Position numbers and translations under genes: made by a program | Part shown: piece by piece, positions 5,560-7,911 of the stretch | How positions within the stretch are numbered: position 1 is the stretch's first letter | How the letters are laid out: every line of letters starts with the position of its first letter | Notes under the pieces: model-generated | What the model was told of the DNA's origin: nothing | Seen by the model: only the letters and a program-made list of their open reading frames with translations | Databases searched by the model: none | Source of the DNA: an uncultured Gammaproteobacteria bacterium | GTDB taxonomy: Bacteria; Patescibacteriota; Microgenomatia; Daviesbacterales; UBA10151 | Direction: 5' to 3' | Length of the DNA: 7,911 nucleotides | Assembly (NCBI GenBank): GCA_964522265.1 | Contig: CAZFVS010000049.1 | Span: 1 to 7,911, forward strand

Positions 5560-6465
5560 ATGATTTATTTATTCGGGGCGATAACTTTATTCGTGATCCT
5601 TGATTCTCTCAGGGGATATTTTACGGCTAAAAACAAAAAGCGGTATCTTATACAACTTTTTGTAGGGCTCCCACTGATCATCATCTTACTCTTTTTATTT
5701 GGTCCTTTTTTTATTCTGTCGCCTCTTAAAATCGGCTACTCAGCCCTAAAAAATGACAACATTACTCTTTACTACCCGGGGGATAGAATGGATTTTGCCA
5801 AGGAAATGATGAAGCAACTTCAAGAAGCAGACTCATACAACAAAGGTTTTTATAAAACCACTTATCCAATGCCTATTTTGGTCGCCACCTCGGAACTTGA
5901 TATGTTGAGGTTCGGTTCTTATCCCAAGGCAGGCGGAACAGGCAATGAGCTGGGAATAAATATCCGGGAAGGAAGAATGAGCGTGGGAAAAATCGCCCAT
6001 GAGATGTCACACCGCAATCTTGTTTCACTTACCGGTAAATCAGCTATTACATTCCCCCGTTGGTTTGATGAAGGCTTGGCTTCTTATATAGGGAAAATGG
6101 ATGATTATAAAAAACCGCAAGATCTTCAAGATGATATAAAAAAAGGGGTATATGCCAAAGATATTCTTAACATACGCGGAATTTTCGGCACTATCCAATG
6201 GCTGAAAAGAGTTGATTTTAATAAAGAGAGTAGAGTTTTCTACGGACAGAGCTATTTGATGGTTAAATACCTGTTTGATAAATATGGCCAGGATAAGGTC
6301 TATGAGTTTGTGCAGTCTTTAAAAAATAATGATTTTGAAAAAGCTTTTATACAATCTTTTGGTGTAACTGAAGAACAATTTCTACAAGAATTTACCAACT
6401 ATATCCAAAACTATACTGATAATCCTATCCATAGCGCTCCTGATAATCCGCCTCAGATTCCTTGA
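5560..6465 (+). CDS. membrane-anchored zinc metallopeptidase, gluzincin (peptidase MA-like)
   Basis: 301 aa. Two N-terminal TM helices (IYLFGAITLFVILD, LIQLFVGLPLIIILLFLFGPFFIL). HEMSH at aa 147-151 (nt 5998-6012), followed 19 residues later by Glu171 in WFDEGLASY (nt 6070-6072). This gives an HExxH-x19-E arrangement, close to the M1-type HExxH-x18-E. Confidence 0.8.
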   Translation: MIYLFGAITLFVILDSLRGYFTAKNKKRYLIQLFVGLPLIIILLFLFGPFFILSPLKIGYSALKNDNITLYYPGDRMDFAKEMMKQLQEADSYNKGFYKTTYPMPILVATSELDMLRFGSYPKAGGTGNELGINIREGRMSVGKIAHEMSHRNLVSLTGKSAITFPRWFDEGLASYIGKMDDYKKPQDLQDDIKKGVYAKDILNIRGIFGTIQWLKRVDFNKESRVFYGQSYLMVKYLFDKYGQDKVYEFVQSLKNNDFEKAFIQSFGVTEEQFLQEFTNYIQNYTDNPIHSAPDNPPQIP

Positions 6466-6533
6466 AATAGACCACCTTCCATTTGAACTAGGTTGACACC
6501 TACTCTTTTTCAGGATTGGGCTTCTAAAGGTAA

Positions 6534-6573
6534 AAGTCAATGAGGCTCCGCGGAGCTTCATACAAGTTGACTT
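6534..6573. repeat. composite inverted repeat / hairpin overlapping the -35 of the methyltransferase promoter
   Basis: The outer arms AAGTCAA (6534-6540) and TTGACTT (6567-6573) are complementary. The inner arms TGAGGCTCC (6541-6549) and GGAGCTTCA (6552-6560) are complementary with one G-T pair, around a CCGCGG centre. A 6-nt asymmetric bulge TACAAG lies at 6561-6566. No T-tract follows, so it is not a classical terminator. Confidence 0.5.
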
Positions 6574-6594
6574 GAAGCGGTTGTATGCTAGAAT
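6567..6594 (+). promoter_or_regulatory. strong sigma-70-like promoter with extended -10, positioned for a leaderless methyltransferase mRNA
   Basis: TTGACT (6567-6572), a 16-nt spacer, then TGcTAGAAT (6586-6594). The -10 ends 7 nt before the A of ATG 6602, and there is no SD. Confidence 0.5.
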
Positions 6595-6601
6595 AAAAAC
6601 C

Positions 6602-7447
6602 ATGTTAGCAGAGCGTATTGAAATAACAGGTAGGTCTTATCAGGAAGGTGAACGAGCGGGATTAGAGGAATTGGCTAATAGACATGGCGTTCCCGGCATA
6701 GAAAGAAACACAGACCAGTATAGTGATATTGGTAAGAAAGGATGGTGGGATCTGAAAAATGGTCTTCATCCAGCACTTCACTTGTTAAATCCAACAAGGG
6801 TGGGATTCGCTGCGGGTGTTTTTGAGAGGTTTAAAGTATCAAAAGATAGGCCGGTTCTTGAGGGTGGTTCCGGCGGTGGAGTTTTTGCTGAGGCTTTGGC
6901 AAGGAGGGGATATCGTGTTATGGGCGTTGATATATCAGAAGGGGCTATAAAAGTTGCCAGAGAGCATGCCAGACAATCCGGGCTTAATAATCTTATTACA
7001 TATAAATACGGAAGTTTATATGCGTTGCCATTCCCAGATGCCTCTTTCCAAGCTGCTGTCTACCCTGATGTCTTGGAGCACCTCGAAGATCTAGACCGTG
7101 CAATGAAGGAAATTAGCAGGGTTTTGGTGGTAGGAGGTGTGTGGGTATTTGATACTATCGAAAGGGATGAAGGGGCTGTGGAACGGTTTATGGGACTGGA
7201 ACAAAACGGGACAATCCCGCCTGGCACGCATGATCCGAAATTATTTATCAAACCTCGTGAATTGGCGGAGGCTGCCCGGAGGCATGGTCTGGAAATACCA
7301 AGAGACCCAGATAATCCATATGGTATTAAGATACTATCTGTGGCTGCTTCTCAGAGACCTGATGAAGGATTAAACTTTGTATTAGAAGAAATTCATAGAG
7401 ACTCACCACCAATAGGGCATTATATAGGATATGCCATCAAGAGTTAG
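6602..7447 (+). CDS. class I SAM-dependent methyltransferase, UbiG/COQ3-like
   Basis: UbiG-like signature WWDLKNGLHPALHLLNPTRVGF. Motif I VLEGGSGGGVFAEALA. Acidic post-I residue in YRVMGVDIS. Also PDVLEHLEDLDRAMKEISRVLVVGGVWVF and a FIKPRELAEAA tail. The track start is a TTG at 6572. I prefer the in-frame ATG at 6602 because a near-consensus promoter occupies 6567-6594. Confidence 0.8.
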   Translation: MLAERIEITGRSYQEGERAGLEELANRHGVPGIERNTDQYSDIGKKGWWDLKNGLHPALHLLNPTRVGFAAGVFERFKVSKDRPVLEGGSGGGVFAEALARRGYRVMGVDISEGAIKVAREHARQSGLNNLITYKYGSLYALPFPDASFQAAVYPDVLEHLEDLDRAMKEISRVLVVGGVWVFDTIERDEGAVERFMGLEQNGTIPPGTHDPKLFIKPRELAEAARRHGLEIPRDPDNPYGIKILSVAASQRPDEGLNFVLEEIHRDSPPIGHYIGYAIKS

Positions 7448-7493
7448 AAAATGAACCCCTCCCCACTGCTTGCAGCGAGGTATTCTGCTTCTG

Positions 7494-7530
7494 CAAATAA
7501 CAAACAACCCACCGATTTCTCGATGGGTTG
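7494..7530 (-). terminator. rho-independent terminator for the minus-strand ORF ending at 7543
   Basis: The minus strand reads CAACCCATCGA-GAAA-TCGGTGGGTTG. This is an 11-bp stem (plus 7505-7515 / 7520-7530) with one G-U pair and a GNRA tetraloop, followed by TTTGTTATTTG. On the plus strand the same position is a C-A mismatch and no T-tract follows, so it is oriented for the minus-strand gene. Confidence 0.7.
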
Positions 7531-7542
7531 TACAAAACTACA

Positions 7543-7911
7543 TCACGGAATCAAATTGTGCTCGAACAGATAAGCACCCGGATGCCAACCAGTCAGATGT
7601 CCTCCGCTAACATCACTAGACAGAACGAGCCAAATCTTGTACAGACCTGATGTTTCTCCACCTGATCCTACGTCAGCCGTACCTGCTATGTGAACGTTCC
7701 CTGCGGCGTCTGCCACATCACTCCCAATCACAGTCACACTCGGCCAGCCATTATATTCAACCAAGGTATAATCCGTGCCAGGAACAAGTCCATGCCCATT
7801 AAAAACACCTGAGATTGTTTGGTCAGAAAGCTTGAAGTTGTATTTCGCCCAAGCACCATCCCAGACGATATTCCAACTTGTATCTTTCTGATACAGATAC
7901 AGGTTTTGTGT
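7543..7911 (-). CDS. hypothetical protein, C-terminal fragment (5' end outside window)
   Basis: My manual translation shows the frame stays open from the window edge (7911) to the TGA at 7543-7545, giving 122 aa: TQNLYLYQKDTSWNIVWDGAWAKYNFKLSDQTISGVFNGHGLVPGTDYTLVEYNGWPSVTVIG...KIWLVLSSDVSGGHLTGWHPGAYLFEHNLIP. The track start at 7764 is only an internal TTG. The protein is beta-strand-like and Gly/Ser/Asp-rich. A good terminator follows. No family was recognised. Confidence 0.6.
   Translation of the reverse strand, partial: TQNLYLYQKDTSWNIVWDGAWAKYNFKLSDQTISGVFNGHGLVPGTDYTLVEYNGWPSVTVIGSDVADAAGNVHIAGTADVGSGGETSGLYKIWLVLSSDVSGGHLTGWHPGAYLFEHNLIP

Noticed and set aside
6493-6498. A consensus TTGACA hexamer lies in the 6466-6601 intergenic region.
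   Set aside because: No acceptable -10 lies 16-18 nt downstream (TTGGGC at 6516-6521). The downstream TTGACT/TAGAAT pair is the better promoter.
6572-6601. A TTG start at 6572 would give a 291-aa version of the methyltransferase.
   Set aside because: That TTG lies inside the -35 hexamer of a near-consensus promoter (6567-6594), so the in-frame ATG at 6602 is more plausible. It needs experimental start mapping.
6382-6603. A 73-aa minus-strand ORF spans the peptidase 3' end and the intergenic region.
   Set aside because: It overlaps the peptidase CDS and the predicted promoter. It has no recognisable features and is likely spurious.
7060-7373. ORFs 7060-7251 (-) and 7137-7373 (+) lie inside the methyltransferase gene.
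   Set aside because: They are alternative-frame or antisense shadows of a gene with clear SAM-methyltransferase motifs.
7470-7496. An inverted repeat, TTGCAG...CTGCAA, lies downstream of the methyltransferase stop. I considered it as its terminator.
   Set aside because: The stem is 6 bp with a 15-nt loop and no following T-tract, which is too weak to call.
7451-7567. A 38-aa plus-strand ORF (MNPSPLLAARYSAS...) lies in the convergent intergenic region.
   Set aside because: It is short, runs through the terminator hairpin into the antisense of the next gene, and has no RBS.
1-7911. I scanned the whole window for CRISPR repeats, tRNA/rRNA signatures, transposase or integrase genes, terminal inverted repeats of IS elements, and known defence-system domains.
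   Set aside because: No regularly spaced direct repeats, no tRNA-like T-arm or acceptor patterns, and no recombinase or nuclease motifs were recognised by eye in any credible ORF.

Overview
This is a gene-dense 7.9-kb window (about 90% coding) with 10 credible CDS. I found no rRNA, tRNA, CRISPR array, transposase or integrase. Layout, left to right: (1) A small 60-aa minus-strand ORF. (2) A translationally coupled plus-strand pair: a COG2403-type P-loop enzyme (the family of cyclic 2,3-diphosphoglycerate synthetase and, as I recall, archaeal arginine synthetase ArcE), followed by a guanidino-group-modifying (GME) superfamily hydrolase of the arginine-deiminase-related / CtlX-like type. (3) A minus-strand two-gene operon: a membrane protein ending in a dockerin module, then a secreted, C-terminally anchored cohesin-domain protein. 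(4) A minus-strand YjbQ/UPF0047 protein. (5) A plus-strand cluster of an ECF-type sigma-70 factor, a small PGLGHLY-motif membrane protein and a membrane-anchored HExxH gluzincin peptidase. (6) A higher-GC right-hand block with a UbiG-like SAM methyltransferase and a convergent 5'-truncated ORF that ends in a strong intrinsic terminator. Several sigma-70-like promoters can be read directly. Three of them are extended -10 elements very close to start codons that lack a Shine-Dalgarno sequence. Low GC, tight packing, the cohesin/dockerin pair and sparse metabolism suggest a small-genome uncultivated bacterium (CPR/Patescibacteria-like), but that is inference only. The most interesting candidates are the ArcE-like + CtlX-like two-gene arginine/citrulline module, the adjacent cohesin-dockerin pair, and the sigma factor / small membrane protein / membrane metalloprotease cluster, which has no recognisable anti-sigma domain. 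All family assignments come from motif recognition by eye and need HMM or structure confirmation.
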